Source: a virus
Virus record (IMG/VR): IMGVR_UViG_3300031251_000002
Coordinates: 102,451-166,450 of that record
Length of the DNA stretch: 64,000 bases
Strand: one strand, 5' to 3'
Positions 21,468 to 31,541 of the stretch are shown piece after piece. The position numbers were made by a program, and so were the translations under genes. Each line of letters starts with the position of its first letter. Positions within the stretch are counted from its first letter, which is position 1. Below the pieces are notes generated by a model, which had not been told where the DNA came from, made no database searches, and worked only from the letters and a program-made list of their open reading frames with translations.

Positions 21468-21468
21468 T

Positions 21469-22062
21469 ATGCGTAAGTTCCTGCTTCTCCTGCTCCTACC
21501 GCTGTTCGGTTGCGCGTCTGCGGTGACGCACATCAAGGGTGACGATGCAACGATTACCCGTTCAGTTCAAGCAGAGAAGGTGCTGTTCAACACAGCTAAC
21601 ACTCTATTTCTGATTGAGGCCCAGCAGCGGGTGTTGCTCTCGGCTCCGTTTCCGACTCTGCACACTTACGTGCAGGAAGAGCGGACAGAGGTGCCACGCC
21701 TCATCCTGACCATCAGAACCTACACCCAGATATACCGCGAGACGGTGATTCCGCCCAAGCCGGATATCCTGAAGGTAGTTGCGCGAGCCGAGGCGGTGAG
21801 CGCGGAACTTCAGGGCTGGTTGACGCAGGTGGCCATCGCGGACATCCCTCCGCCAACAACGCCGACGCATTCTGCTCTGACGACCGGCAACCCGTATGTT
21901 GATGCGGCAGTTCAGCTTCTCAACCTAATCAATACCGGGTTAACCATCTATCAGGGCGCACAAGCTAAGGCTACGACGCAGGGTGTCCTTATTGATGCAG
22001 ATGAAACGCTGCTTCACATTCATGAGGATCAGACGATGATCTCCGCGTGGTGGCAACCGTAG
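21469..22062 (+). CDS. Predicted lipoprotein (possible lysis or spanin-related protein)
   Basis: Start at ATG 21469 after GAGG; MRKFLLLLLLPLFG-C lipobox. Confidence 0.65.
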   Translation: MRKFLLLLLLPLFGCASAVTHIKGDDATITRSVQAEKVLFNTANTLFLIEAQQRVLLSAPFPTLHTYVQEERTEVPRLILTIRTYTQIYRETVIPPKPDILKVVARAEAVSAELQGWLTQVAIADIPPPTTPTHSALTTGNPYVDAAVQLLNLINTGLTIYQGAQAKATTQGVLIDADETLLHIHEDQTMISAWWQP

Positions 22063-22138
22063 GAGGTGTAGTGTAACCCAAAACACAATATTCAGCGTTT
22101 TCGTTTTCAAATCGCCCCTCAAACGGATACTTACCTGT

Positions 22139-22390
22139 ATGCGATTCCCCGTAGCTCTCACCGATGCCTTTACTGCCGTCTCTGCCGCTCAGTGGTTAAT
22201 TGGTGGTGTTGCCATCGTTCTTCTGAGCGCGGAAAAGATCCTCCTCCCGGTCGGAGCGGTTCAGAACGCACTCGTTTCATCGACTATCTCGATCAGCAAC
22301 TTGTTGCTGGTCATCTATCGTAAACCTTCGGACAAGGGCGGGACGGTAACTACCGCTCGCCTGATGCGGAAGTCCGCGTCCACTAAGTAA
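22139..22390 (+). CDS. Small membrane protein, holin candidate
   Basis: Two hydrophobic segments and a basic C-terminus; at the end of the structural module. Confidence 0.45.
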   Translation: MRFPVALTDAFTAVSAAQWLIGGVAIVLLSAEKILLPVGAVQNALVSSTISISNLLLVIYRKPSDKGGTVTTARLMRKSASTK

Positions 22391-22408
22391 TCTTCAAGGA
22401 GATTAACA

Positions 22409-22669
22409 ATGGCTCTAACACTCGGTCAGGTTCTCGCAGATGTTCTTCAGGATGCGCCTGAGGTTGTCGCTCTCGTTCAGGAGATCGAAGCCGCCATCCA
22501 GAAGTTCCCCACCGCTGGCAGCTTCAAGGCTGACGGCGAACTCATCGCTGCTGTCCTTCCGGATCTTGGTGCGCTAATTGACGCCCTCAAGGCGCAGTTC
22601 ACACCCGCCGCTGCCCCGGCTCCCGCAACCGTGGCTGCTGGCAAGATCGCCGCTCGTCTAGCCAAGTAA
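22409..22669 (+). CDS. Hypothetical Ala-rich protein
   Basis: Strong SD AAGGAG; followed by terminators. Confidence 0.6.
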   Translation: MALTLGQVLADVLQDAPEVVALVQEIEAAIQKFPTAGSFKADGELIAAVLPDLGALIDALKAQFTPAAAPAPATVAAGKIAARLAK

Positions 22670-22681
22670 GCTGACGAGGAC

Positions 22682-22752
22682 GGTGGTGTAGACCTTAACC
22701 CCTACATCACCTTTTGATTTTTGGGGGCCGTGCAAAGCGGCCCCTATTTTTT
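22682..22752 (+). terminator. Two tandem intrinsic terminators ending the structural operon
   Basis: GGTGGTGTAG/CTACATCACC followed by TTTT (22682-22715), and GGGGCCG/CGGCCCC followed by TATTTTTT (22724-22752). Confidence 0.8.
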
Positions 22753-22753
22753 C

Positions 22754-22782
22754 TTGACGCAGAAGAGTCGGAAGAGGAAGAT
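22754..22782 (+). promoter_or_regulatory. Sigma70-like promoter for the replication module
   Basis: TTGACG-N17-GAAGAT; the same -10 hexamer occurs at 61968. Confidence 0.55.
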
Positions 22783-22815
22783 CCTCTTCTAACTTCGTAA
22801 CTGGGAGGGCACTGT

Positions 22816-23106
22816 ATGGAGACACCTGTGGAATCGGTTACCGCCCTTCCTCCCCACCACTGGAAACAGACCAGCAAAGCACTACAGTTTGTAACCGACC
22901 GGGCGAAGCCCTTGATGGTTCCCGTCCTGTGTGAGCTTTGGGATCGTATTCCAGCCGATACGATGCGTCAGGTCGTCGCGGCCATGGACAAGCCGGATCC
23001 TGAGAAGGCTATAGAGCATGCCTTCAGTCTTTCTGTTTTCCCAATTCCAGATCACGTACAGCGCATTGTTTTCTCCCTCCTCTACTTCCGCTTGGTCATC
23101 AAGTAA
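22816..23106 (+). CDS. Hypothetical protein
   Basis: SD GGAGG, 96 aa. Confidence 0.6.
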   Translation: METPVESVTALPPHHWKQTSKALQFVTDRAKPLMVPVLCELWDRIPADTMRQVVAAMDKPDPEKAIEHAFSLSVFPIPDHVQRIVFSLLYFRLVIK

Positions 23107-23134
23107 CCAATGCTTCATTTAAAGGTAGGTCCAC

Positions 23135-23389
23135 ATGACCTCAGCAGATTTTCTTGGTTCGCTAGTGAATCGGGTTCGTGAGCAGGTTCCTTTCGATATC
23201 AGTGGGGCGATTGACGGTGGGGCAATCACAATCAGTAACTTTCCAGCCGTAGATGAGAGCGAGCAGTGGTTACTGCAATCAATTTTTGAGGACATCTACC
23301 GCTACTGCGAACGGTACAACATCCCGGTCACCGCGATTCGGTTGCGGGACGGGAGTGGGCAACTGGTTTCTGAGGTAAAGATTGCTTGA
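23135..23389 (+). CDS. Hypothetical protein
   Basis: 84-aa ORF in the operon. Confidence 0.55.
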   Translation: MTSADFLGSLVNRVREQVPFDISGAIDGGAITISNFPAVDESEQWLLQSIFEDIYRYCERYNIPVTAIRLRDGSGQLVSEVKIA

Positions 23390-23690
23390 TGAGACTCCAT
23401 ACCTGCGTCCGTTCTTTCGAGCCGATTTCGCCAAGCGTGGGAAAAAGGCGAAGCGGAAACGGAATTCGCTGGCAGCAGCGCGGGCCGGGATCCAGCGCCT
23501 AGAGTATGAAAAGGCAATCCTTGAGTATCGAAGTACCCTTCTGGCCGACATCGTTCTTCTCGGTGAAGCGCGTCTGCCCGGTATCGGTTGGCTCACACTC
23601 AAAGGAACCGTGCTAAAGTTTCGGATCAGTCGATCCTGTCGGGCGAAGCTGGCGAAAGCGGACTTCCCCATTTCTTTCCCTAAGAGGTAA
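23382..23690 (+). CDS. Basic protein with a divergent HU/IHF-like C-terminus
   Basis: GEARLPGIGWLTL...VLKFRISRSCRAKL resembles the HU motifs V-x-L-x-GFG-x-F and P-x-F-x-P. Confidence 0.4.
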   Translation: MLDETPYLRPFFRADFAKRGKKAKRKRNSLAAARAGIQRLEYEKAILEYRSTLLADIVLLGEARLPGIGWLTLKGTVLKFRISRSCRAKLAKADFPISFPKR

Positions 23691-23691
23691 C

Positions 23692-24210
23692 ATGAGTAAC
23701 ATCATCATGCCGGGAGACGCCGCGTCGGCCTTCAATCCGCGCAGCAACGTAATGCAACTGGAGTTTCGGACCATGGTCTCCGAGATGGAGAAGGCCATGA
23801 ACGAGTTTGGCGAGACTCTCCACATGCTCAGCATGCGCCATGAGGCATTGATCAAGATGGCGACCTTCTGCCCGGAGAAGCTGGTGTCGGACGGCAAATT
23901 CAACCTTGCCGAATACTACCGATACGTGAACAAGATGCTGACGCAGTTCGTACCGATTAGCGAGGACATCATCACCAGCCCGTCCTTCATGGAACGGTGT
24001 CAGTTGGCCAAGCGTTGGAACGGGGGCAGTCCGGAGATGCCGATAGTGGTGGACGAATTGCGTCTCCATGAGTTGGTTCTCAGCCCGTCCGGACACTGGC
24101 CGACAGAAGAGGAGACAGCAGCGATGAATGAACTGCCCCGCACCGGGTTGTTCAAAGAACATTGGGATTCAGTTTTAGCAGCGAAAGCGAAAATGAACAC
24201 GGCAGAGTAG
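23692..24210 (+). CDS. Hypothetical protein
   Basis: SD GAGG, 172 aa. Confidence 0.6.
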   Translation: MSNIIMPGDAASAFNPRSNVMQLEFRTMVSEMEKAMNEFGETLHMLSMRHEALIKMATFCPEKLVSDGKFNLAEYYRYVNKMLTQFVPISEDIITSPSFMERCQLAKRWNGGSPEMPIVVDELRLHELVLSPSGHWPTEEETAAMNELPRTGLFKEHWDSVLAAKAKMNTAE

Positions 24211-24219
24211 TAACTGCCA

Positions 24220-25665
24220 ATGAAAGTAACAATCGAATGGGGACCAGTACGGTCTGGATTTAATCCGCTGCTGCCCCCGGCTCTTGCCGCTCTAGTAGAC
24301 AGTAACATTTCAGTCTTCGTTCCCGGTTACAAATTCTCCAAACAATACAAGGCGCGAGTTTGGAACGCGACGAAGACAGAGAAGGTTCGGTTGTGGGATG
24401 GCAAGAAGCATTTTCTTTGGCCCAAGAGACAGAGGTTTCCTACGGGTCTTCTTCACATGGTTAAAGAAGCTCTGGAAGCGGCTGGTAACGAAGTCAACAT
24501 CAGTGGCGAGGCTCCGATGCCTGACCACATCCTCCCTGTTACATCATTGCCGGACGGATCGAAGCTTCGTGACTACCAGATTGCGGCTTGTTCCGCCTTC
24601 CTTGACAGTCCGCGAGGGATCCTCCGCCTCCCTACGGCGTCTGGGAAAACTCTTGTAGCGGCAGCGATCACGCGCAGCATGAACTGTCAGACGTTGGGCC
24701 TGATTCACGGTAACTCGCTCCTCGACCAGACCCACGCGGACTTTGAACGTCACCTGCGCCAGAAGATCGGGCTGATTGGCAACAAGGTCTTCGATCCGCA
24801 GATGATTACGCTGGCTTCAGTGGACACTGTGTACTCTGCATTAAAACGCAACACCCCCGCTGTCTTGGAGGTTTTGGGGACGACGGATTTCGTCTGGTGT
24901 GACGAGACCCACCGTGCCTCGGCTATGTCATGGGTCGAGGTTCTCAAGGCCATCGAGACTCCGTATCGCCTTGGCCTGTCTGGGACGCCGTTCAAGAAGC
25001 AGGAACTGCGCGACATGGAGCTTCAGGCGTGGACAGGCCCGCTGCTCTACAACATTGATCCAAAGCAGTTGCAGGACACGGGCTTTCTGGCCCCCGCTCG
25101 TCTGACGGCGGTTGAGATCAACTCGCCCAAGAGTAGCGAGAAGGACTACCAGACGGTTGTTAAGGAACTGATCATCGAACACGAAGAGAGGAACACTGTT
25201 CTGGCAGACCTTGCCATCGCTCGGGCCAAGGCTGGAAAGTCCGTGTTCCTTCTGGCTGGGAACAGCATCGCTCTGTCGCTCTGGCTCTTTCGATACATCG
25301 AGGAGCTTTTCCCCGGTGTTGAACTGGTCACCGGACAGACGGGCGTGTACGCCAACCGGGATGCCTTGAAGCGCTTCAGCGAGGGGGCATCGCGGATCAT
25401 CGTGAGTTCCGTGGTCATGGATGAGGGCATCAACGCGCCCAATACGAACGTGGTCATCTTGGCCTATACCGGCAAGTCATACGTCAAGACGATCCAGCGT
25501 ATCGGGCGCGGCCTTCGGTTGAAGTCAGACGGTTCAGGGCTTGAGGTAATCGACGTAATGGACAACACGAATTTCTTCCTGCGTAACCACGCGAAGAAGC
25601 GGCTTGAGTATTACGAGGAGGAGGGCTTCTTCTCCTCCGTTGAAGTGATCAACGGGGTCGCATGA
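24220..25665 (+). CDS. Superfamily 2 DNA helicase (UvsW-like)
   Basis: LRDYQ, PTASGKT, DETH, GLSGTP, MDEGIN and QRIGRGLR motifs. Confidence 0.92.
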   Translation: MKVTIEWGPVRSGFNPLLPPALAALVDSNISVFVPGYKFSKQYKARVWNATKTEKVRLWDGKKHFLWPKRQRFPTGLLHMVKEALEAAGNEVNISGEAPMPDHILPVTSLPDGSKLRDYQIAACSAFLDSPRGILRLPTASGKTLVAAAITRSMNCQTLGLIHGNSLLDQTHADFERHLRQKIGLIGNKVFDPQMITLASVDTVYSALKRNTPAVLEVLGTTDFVWCDETHRASAMSWVEVLKAIETPYRLGLSGTPFKKQELRDMELQAWTGPLLYNIDPKQLQDTGFLAPARLTAVEINSPKSSEKDYQTVVKELIIEHEERNTVLADLAIARAKAGKSVFLLAGNSIALSLWLFRYIEELFPGVELVTGQTGVYANRDALKRFSEGASRIIVSSVVMDEGINAPNTNVVILAYTGKSYVKTIQRIGRGLRLKSDGSGLEVIDVMDNTNFFLRNHAKKRLEYYEEEGFFSSVEVINGVA

Positions 25666-26189
25666 AACACCTTAACTGGGCTGAAGCAGATCGTCCCGTT
25701 CGGATCCGACTGGTCAAGGATGCGTATACTGCTCTCGTATACAAGCTGTGGTTGGAGTCTGATGAGCCGTGGAAAGACTTTCGCCGTGCCCACAACAGCG
25801 GCTTCTACGAGAACAACTGGTTCAACATGATCGTCAGCCTGTGCGAGAAGCACGGCTTCGACGGCATCGAGTACATTCGCGCTCAGTTTTTCTTCTGGCC
25901 TAAGTCTGCTCGATACCCGATAATCCCGCCACTCAATCGAATCGCGGGAGGAAAACGGGCGATGCGAAATTTCCAAAAATGGTTGGATGCAAAACCGAGC
26001 AACGCAGCGTACACTCCTTCCCAGCAGTACGAGCGAGCGATGTCTGAGTCCCAACGTTTGGTTGAAGCGTTCATGCGAATCAACCCGAAGGAATACCCGA
26101 ATGCGCTGGCGGTCGTTCAGAATCCGGGTATCCGTCGCATGCTTCCGGACTGTTACTTGGAGAGCGTCGTCCCATCTATCGCCTCGTAA
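25662..26189 (+). CDS. Hypothetical replication-region protein
   Basis: ATGA-coupled, between the two helicases. Confidence 0.6.
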   Translation: MKHLNWAEADRPVRIRLVKDAYTALVYKLWLESDEPWKDFRRAHNSGFYENNWFNMIVSLCEKHGFDGIEYIRAQFFFWPKSARYPIIPPLNRIAGGKRAMRNFQKWLDAKPSNAAYTPSQQYERAMSESQRLVEAFMRINPKEYPNALAVVQNPGIRRMLPDCYLESVVPSIAS

Positions 26190-26201
26190 CCGGGAGTAAG
26201 C

Positions 26202-27557
26202 GTGGCTGGCCTTTCCGAAAACTTCCTGTTTCGTCTACTGGTCCTTTTGGCGAAGGACTACGACTTCTGCGACCGCTACTTCGATCTCCTTCCGACTGAC
26301 TTCTTCGACCTGTTCCCGGTTCAGTCCCGCGTCTACGGGGCTATCAAGTTCTATCGGGATACGTACTCCAAGAACCCGCGCTGGGGCAGCACCCTGCCCG
26401 CCCTGCTCGCCACGGATCCGCCGCCGGGTTGGTCCATCCCGAAGGATGACGAAGCAGACGTGGTTCTCGCGTTCATCGAAGAGGTTTTTGAGGCTGATAC
26501 CGATGACCGGGCGTGGGTCGAAGATCGTCTCAAGAACGAGTTGCAGCGAATGGCTCTCAAGCTGGCGCTGCGCGAAGGCGCGGAACTAGCCCAAGAGGAA
26601 GACTTCTCCCCGGACACTCTGGAGTTTTTGAAGGGGAAGCTGGAGGCCGCAGAAGAGCTTTCTGTCGAGACAGAGGATCTGGGCGAGTCCATCAAGGTAA
26701 CGCTGAATGAGCGTATCGAACGCCGGTTGCGGGCTGAAGACGCAATGGTTCGGATACCGACCATGATTGGTAACCTCGATGACTTCCTGACTGGCAAAGG
26801 TCTTCCGACCAAGAGCCTGAATCTCGTCGCGGCTCGTTCTGGATTGGGTAAGTCCGCTGCTCTGGTCCACCTGTGCAAGATCGCGGCGCTGGCCAAGCGG
26901 TTCAATGCGCTCTACATCACGCTTGAACTCTCGAAAGATTACGTCGAGGATCGGTTCGACGCGAGCTTGACCGAGACCTCGATGGGTTCACTGGTTGGCA
27001 ATGAGAAATACCTCCAAACCAAGTTCAACAAGAAGCGGGAGTGGGGCGAGATTCGGGTCATTGAGTCCGTGCCGGGGAAGCTGTCCGTTTCGCACATTGA
27101 ACGGATCCTTGATCGCTTGAAGCGGGAGAAGAACTTTGAGCCGAAGCTAGTCTGTGTGGACTACGCGGATCTGATGAAGTTCAATCGAGCGCGGAAAGAG
27201 CGCTGGCTGGAGTTGGGTGACCTGTTCATCGGTCTCCGGAGTATCGCAGTCGAGCGGGATATCGTTCTCTGGACGGCTTCGCAGATCAACCGCGAAGGCG
27301 TGGACTTCGCGTCCGGTGAGACACTGGCCGGGTCAGATGAGAAGCTGGCGACCTGTGACTTTGCCATTTCGATCAACCGTCCTCCCGGCTCTGTCAAAGA
27401 GGACGCGAAAGTGAAGATGGTCGGACCGGCCAAGCCGAGGAAGGTTAACGTTTACATCCAGAAGAGCCGATTCGGTCCGATGTTTGAAAACATTGAGATC
27501 GAGCAGGATTTGGATACAATGACTTTCTGCATCGGGATTCCAGAAGCCACACTATGA
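26202..27557 (+). CDS. dnaB: Replicative helicase, DnaB-like
   Basis: AARSGLGKS, YITLEL, VDYADLM, TASQINR and KSRFG motifs. Confidence 0.92.
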   Translation: MAGLSENFLFRLLVLLAKDYDFCDRYFDLLPTDFFDLFPVQSRVYGAIKFYRDTYSKNPRWGSTLPALLATDPPPGWSIPKDDEADVVLAFIEEVFEADTDDRAWVEDRLKNELQRMALKLALREGAELAQEEDFSPDTLEFLKGKLEAAEELSVETEDLGESIKVTLNERIERRLRAEDAMVRIPTMIGNLDDFLTGKGLPTKSLNLVAARSGLGKSAALVHLCKIAALAKRFNALYITLELSKDYVEDRFDASLTETSMGSLVGNEKYLQTKFNKKREWGEIRVIESVPGKLSVSHIERILDRLKREKNFEPKLVCVDYADLMKFNRARKERWLELGDLFIGLRSIAVERDIVLWTASQINREGVDFASGETLAGSDEKLATCDFAISINRPPGSVKEDAKVKMVGPAKPRKVNVYIQKSRFGPMFENIEIEQDLDTMTFCIGIPEATL

Positions 27558-28495
27558 TCCAGCCGATTGTTAAACTTGTCTCGCGGTATGCGAAGCCGAC
27601 CCTCTACAACGAGGGGGCAGAACTGGCTGTGCCTTGCCCGTACCATGAGCATGGCCGCGATCCCGGCAAGAAGCTTTGGATCAACGTCAACAAGCGGGTC
27701 TGGATCTGTTACAAGTGCGACGAGAAGGGCACCTTCCGTCAGCTTCTTCGGAAGTTCCGGGAGGTCAAGCCGCAAGCATTCGCTGACCTGTCGCCAGAGG
27801 CTCTGGATGCCCTTTCTGAGCCTACAGAAGCCCCTACAGGCCCTGTCGAGCATCCCGGCTACACCGCCAAGCTGCCGACCGAGTTTGAGCCTCTATGGGG
27901 CCGCGTTTCGGATACGTGGGGCCTGAAAGCACTTAAGTACCTGAGGGGTAGAGGGTTAGAGGATTCGACCATCGAACTGTACCGAATCGGCTTCTGCAAG
28001 TATGGCGAGTACGCCTACCGGGTCATCGTGCCGACTTACGAGGAAGGCCGACTGGTCTACTGGCTGGGCCGTGACTTCACCGGGAAGCAGGAGAAGAAGG
28101 TCATGAACCCGAGCAAGACCCTGTGCGGGGTTGGCTCCAAGGAGTGGGTGTTCAACCTGAACGTTGCCATGGACTATCGTGATCTGGTGATTTGCGAAGG
28201 CGTCTTCGACGCGATTGCAACCGGCTTGCGGGCCGTTGCTCTGTTTGGGAAGCACGCGAGCGAGATCCAGTTGTCGAAAATTCGGCGGATCCCGTTCCGC
28301 TCTGTAACAATGCTTCTGGATGCCGATGCAGCGCGAGACGCCGAGAAGCTGGCAGACACGTTCTTACGACTTCCGAGTGTGGTTCCGTGTCCGGAGGTTC
28401 GTATCGCTACCCTGCCACTGGGCGATCCAAACAGTGTGCCGCTGGAGATTGTTAGTAAGGCGTTGCTCGATGCGCGTGTCATAGTAGGTATTTGA
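27554..28495 (+). CDS. DNA primase (zinc finger + TOPRIM)
   Basis: CPYH...CYKC; ICEGVFDA; LLDADA. Confidence 0.9.
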   Translation: MIQPIVKLVSRYAKPTLYNEGAELAVPCPYHEHGRDPGKKLWINVNKRVWICYKCDEKGTFRQLLRKFREVKPQAFADLSPEALDALSEPTEAPTGPVEHPGYTAKLPTEFEPLWGRVSDTWGLKALKYLRGRGLEDSTIELYRIGFCKYGEYAYRVIVPTYEEGRLVYWLGRDFTGKQEKKVMNPSKTLCGVGSKEWVFNLNVAMDYRDLVICEGVFDAIATGLRAVALFGKHASEIQLSKIRRIPFRSVTMLLDADAARDAEKLADTFLRLPSVVPCPEVRIATLPLGDPNSVPLEIVSKALLDARVIVGI

Positions 28496-30972
28496 TGGCA
28501 AAGTGGGAAGCTCCGGAAGGTGTTCGGTGCGACAAGTGCGAGCTATGCACTATCGCTGAGTCCATCAAGATCGAGGGACAAGGCCCGGACGACGCCAAGA
28601 TCATGTTCGTTGGTGGCCCGCCCGGTGTCGTAGAGAACGCCCACAACGCGCCGTTCCGGGGAATGTACAACGCTGAGTTCTCATCGGCGCTGAAAGCGGC
28701 TGGGGAGCGGCGGAGCGCCGTCTACGTGACACACGTAATCAAGTGTCAGGGGCCGGGAAGGAAGGCTTATCTTGACGCTTGCCGCGAGCATTTGAACGAG
28801 GAGATCCTGCGTATCAAGCCCAAGGCGATTGTTACCATCGGTGCGCTCGCTCTCCGTGGGCTGTTTGGTGCGGACGCCAAGATGAACAAGTACCGGGGAC
28901 GGATCAAGCCGATTACGATTGGCGAGTTTACGACCAAGGTATTCCCGACCTATGACATCAACGCCATCCTCGCCGGGGACACGGAGAAGCGGAAGTCCAT
29001 CATCCGGGACTTCAAGCGGGCTGTTGACTGGGCAGATGATGTTCTAGAAGCCTTCAACGACGAGAAGATGAAAGAGTTTGAAGTCATTACGTGCGAGTCG
29101 GACAAAGAGCTTCGTTCAGCGGTAGATTTGATCCTTGAGCGGCCTAAGATTGTCATTGATACAGAAACTCGGGGCAAGGACATCGGGACGGCGGGCTTCT
29201 TGGTTACTCTACAGGTCGGAGTTTCTAAGACAGAGGCTATCGTCATCCCGGTCAACCATCCGGAGTCGAAGCTGACCCCTGCTGTTGTGAAGAAAGAGGT
29301 CCGTCGCCTGTTTCGCCAGTACGAAGGCCGTGTGATCGCACACAACGGCAAGTTCGATCAGGAGGCGATCTGGACGCTGACCGGTGAGATTCCACGCTTG
29401 TCGTTCGATACGATGGTGGCGCACAACCTTGTTACGGGTGACAGCACTGGTAACGATCTGAAGTCCATGACTTGGAAGTACACGAACTTTGGCGGCTACG
29501 AGGACGAAGCGGCACCTCTGATGGAAGCGGCTGAGTACGACACCGCCAAGGCCTCTCTGGCTCCGTTGGCGAAGTACGGCGGTCTGGATACGATAGCGAC
29601 GTATCGAATTGCCAATGCCCTGCGGCGAGAGATCAAGGAGATGGGCGAACGCCCCGTCTACCTCATGGCGATGATGGCTTCCCTCAGCACGGTCATGAGC
29701 AAGGTCGAGGTCAGTGGAATTCGTGTCAACTGGGACTTCTTGACCGAGTACGAGAAGGAACTGAAAGAGCGTCGAGCGCAGATCGAGGAGGAGATTCGCA
29801 TTCTGGCCGGGAAGGAGATCCTTCTGACCGAGCGCGATCTGGAGATTGAGAAGTTCAGCTTTGCTTCCAACAAGCACCTGTCTCACCTGCTGTACAAGCG
29901 GATGGGTATCGAAGCAACCGTTACGACTGCCAAGGGCCATGCGTCTGTTTCCAAGGCCGCGCTGGTGACAATCAAGCATCCGGTTGCCGAGCTTTTGCGG
30001 GAGTATTCGGGGATCGCTCAGAACCTCAAGATGTACGTCGAAGCGTACCCGAAGTGGCGCTGGAAGGATCGCATCCGCCCTCAGTACAGTCTTATTCGGT
30101 TCACGGACACGGACACCGGGGCTGAGACAGGGACGCGCTCTGGCCGATTCAGTTCCAACCACCCGAACATCCAGCAGTTGCCCAAGGAGTCTAAGGGCAA
30201 GATCAGAAAGATTCTCCTGCCGGATGACGAGGATTCGATCATCGGGGACGTTGACTTCAACCAGCTTGAGCTTCGTGTCGCTGCGATGTACTGTCAGGAC
30301 AGCGACATGGTTAACTTCTTCAACGGGGACGGCGACTATCATGCGTTCGTTGCCAGCGAGCTTCTGGGCATCCGTCTGGATAAGGTAACAAAGGAGCAGC
30401 GTCAGATTGGGAAGGCGCTGAACTTCTCCATCCTGTACGGAGCCGGTCCGGACAAGATCGCCATGATGCTGGGTGTAGACGTTGAGCGGGCGAAGGGGTA
30501 TCTGGAGCAGTATTTCGAGCGCTTCCCGGCGATCATGAAGTGGAAGAATCAGGTCGAGGCGTTCGTCCGCAAGAAGGGCTATGTGGATACGCTGTTCGGT
30601 CGGCGTCGGTCCATGCCGGATGTCTACTCCGATGATCGTGCCCGTCAGTTCCGTGCGCTCCGTGCGGCTGTTAACCACACCTGTCAGTCCGCTGGCGCAG
30701 ACCTTTGCTATACGGCAATTGTTAACGTCCACAAGTTCCTTACCGAGAACAAGCTGAAGACGCGGATGCTGTTCACGGTTCATGACTCAGTAACATTCTC
30801 GGTTCCGTTGTCAGAGGTTACTTTGATCCCGGAGATTCAGAAGACGATGGAAAATTCCGGCCTCGACTTCATCGAAGCGACTGGAGTTCGCATCAAAGTG
30901 GACGCCAAGATTGGGTTGGACTTTGGGGATTTGGTGGACTATAAACAGGGAATCAAAGAGCTTGGCCTATGA
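28492..30972 (+). CDS. polA: Family A DNA polymerase with an N-terminal uracil-DNA-glycosylase-like domain
   Basis: UDG family-4-like N-terminus (CDKCELC, KIMFVGGPPG, VIKC, CREHL); exonuclease motifs DTET and HNGKFD; polymerase motifs DFNQLELR, KALNFSILYG and VHDS. Confidence 0.93.
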   Translation: MMAKWEAPEGVRCDKCELCTIAESIKIEGQGPDDAKIMFVGGPPGVVENAHNAPFRGMYNAEFSSALKAAGERRSAVYVTHVIKCQGPGRKAYLDACREHLNEEILRIKPKAIVTIGALALRGLFGADAKMNKYRGRIKPITIGEFTTKVFPTYDINAILAGDTEKRKSIIRDFKRAVDWADDVLEAFNDEKMKEFEVITCESDKELRSAVDLILERPKIVIDTETRGKDIGTAGFLVTLQVGVSKTEAIVIPVNHPESKLTPAVVKKEVRRLFRQYEGRVIAHNGKFDQEAIWTLTGEIPRLSFDTMVAHNLVTGDSTGNDLKSMTWKYTNFGGYEDEAAPLMEAAEYDTAKASLAPLAKYGGLDTIATYRIANALRREIKEMGERPVYLMAMMASLSTVMSKVEVSGIRVNWDFLTEYEKELKERRAQIEEEIRILAGKEILLTERDLEIEKFSFASNKHLSHLLYKRMGIEATVTTAKGHASVSKAALVTIKHPVAELLREYSGIAQNLKMYVEAYPKWRWKDRIRPQYSLIRFTDTDTGAETGTRSGRFSSNHPNIQQLPKESKGKIRKILLPDDEDSIIGDVDFNQLELRVAAMYCQDSDMVNFFNGDGDYHAFVASELLGIRLDKVTKEQRQIGKALNFSILYGAGPDKIAMMLGVDVERAKGYLEQYFERFPAIMKWKNQVEAFVRKKGYVDTLFGRRRSMPDVYSDDRARQFRALRAAVNHTCQSAGADLCYTAIVNVHKFLTENKLKTRMLFTVHDSVTFSVPLSEVTLIPEIQKTMENSGLDFIEATGVRIKVDAKIGLDFGDLVDYKQGIKELGL

Positions 30973-31541
30973 CAGACGAAACCTACGACACGCCGAACCA
31001 GCGCTTCTCTTGTACGCTGGAGGGCCGTAAGTACGTTCTGGATGTCAAAGCTGACCTTGCGATTACTCCCAGCACTTTCAATGTCTGCCTGATGCGTCAG
31101 GCCGCGCTTCTGGGCTTCTACGCCGGTCTGTACCGGACAGCGGACCGGGTGGTGCGGAAGCTGGAAGACGACATTGACATCCAGACGGCCCAGTGGCGGA
31201 TCGCGGCTCGCTCCGCGCATCCTGAGGCCAAGACCGAGAAGGCCATCGAGGATCTCATCAAGACCGAACCCGCCTATCGGTTCCTTCGGGAGACGCTCTC
31301 TGAGGAGACCTACAAGCGGGACTTCCTGAAGGACATCGTAACGGCCTTCCGTGATCGCACTCAGATGCTCATGAAGATTGGAGCCAAGCTGCGAGACGAG
31401 TGGGCGATTGATGAGCTTTCGGGCCGTGACATGACCGTAAAGGGAGGCGACATCCATAGAGAAAAAGTTCGACAGTCAGCGTTATCAGCAGAGCAGCAAG
31501 CGGATAGGTTACGTAACAGAAACGGTAAAAAGGAGGAGTGA
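30969..31541 (+). CDS. Helical protein, possibly a UvsY-like recombination mediator
   Basis: Coiled-coil character with KTEKAIEDLI; lies just before the SSB and RecA genes. Confidence 0.45.
   Translation: MTDETYDTPNQRFSCTLEGRKYVLDVKADLAITPSTFNVCLMRQAALLGFYAGLYRTADRVVRKLEDDIDIQTAQWRIAARSAHPEAKTEKAIEDLIKTEPAYRFLRETLSEETYKRDFLKDIVTAFRDRTQMLMKIGAKLRDEWAIDELSGRDMTVKGGDIHREKVRQSALSAEQQADRLRNRNGKKEE

Noticed and set aside
29209-30783. 524-aa minus-strand ORF
   Set aside because: It is an antisense shadow of the DNA polymerase gene.
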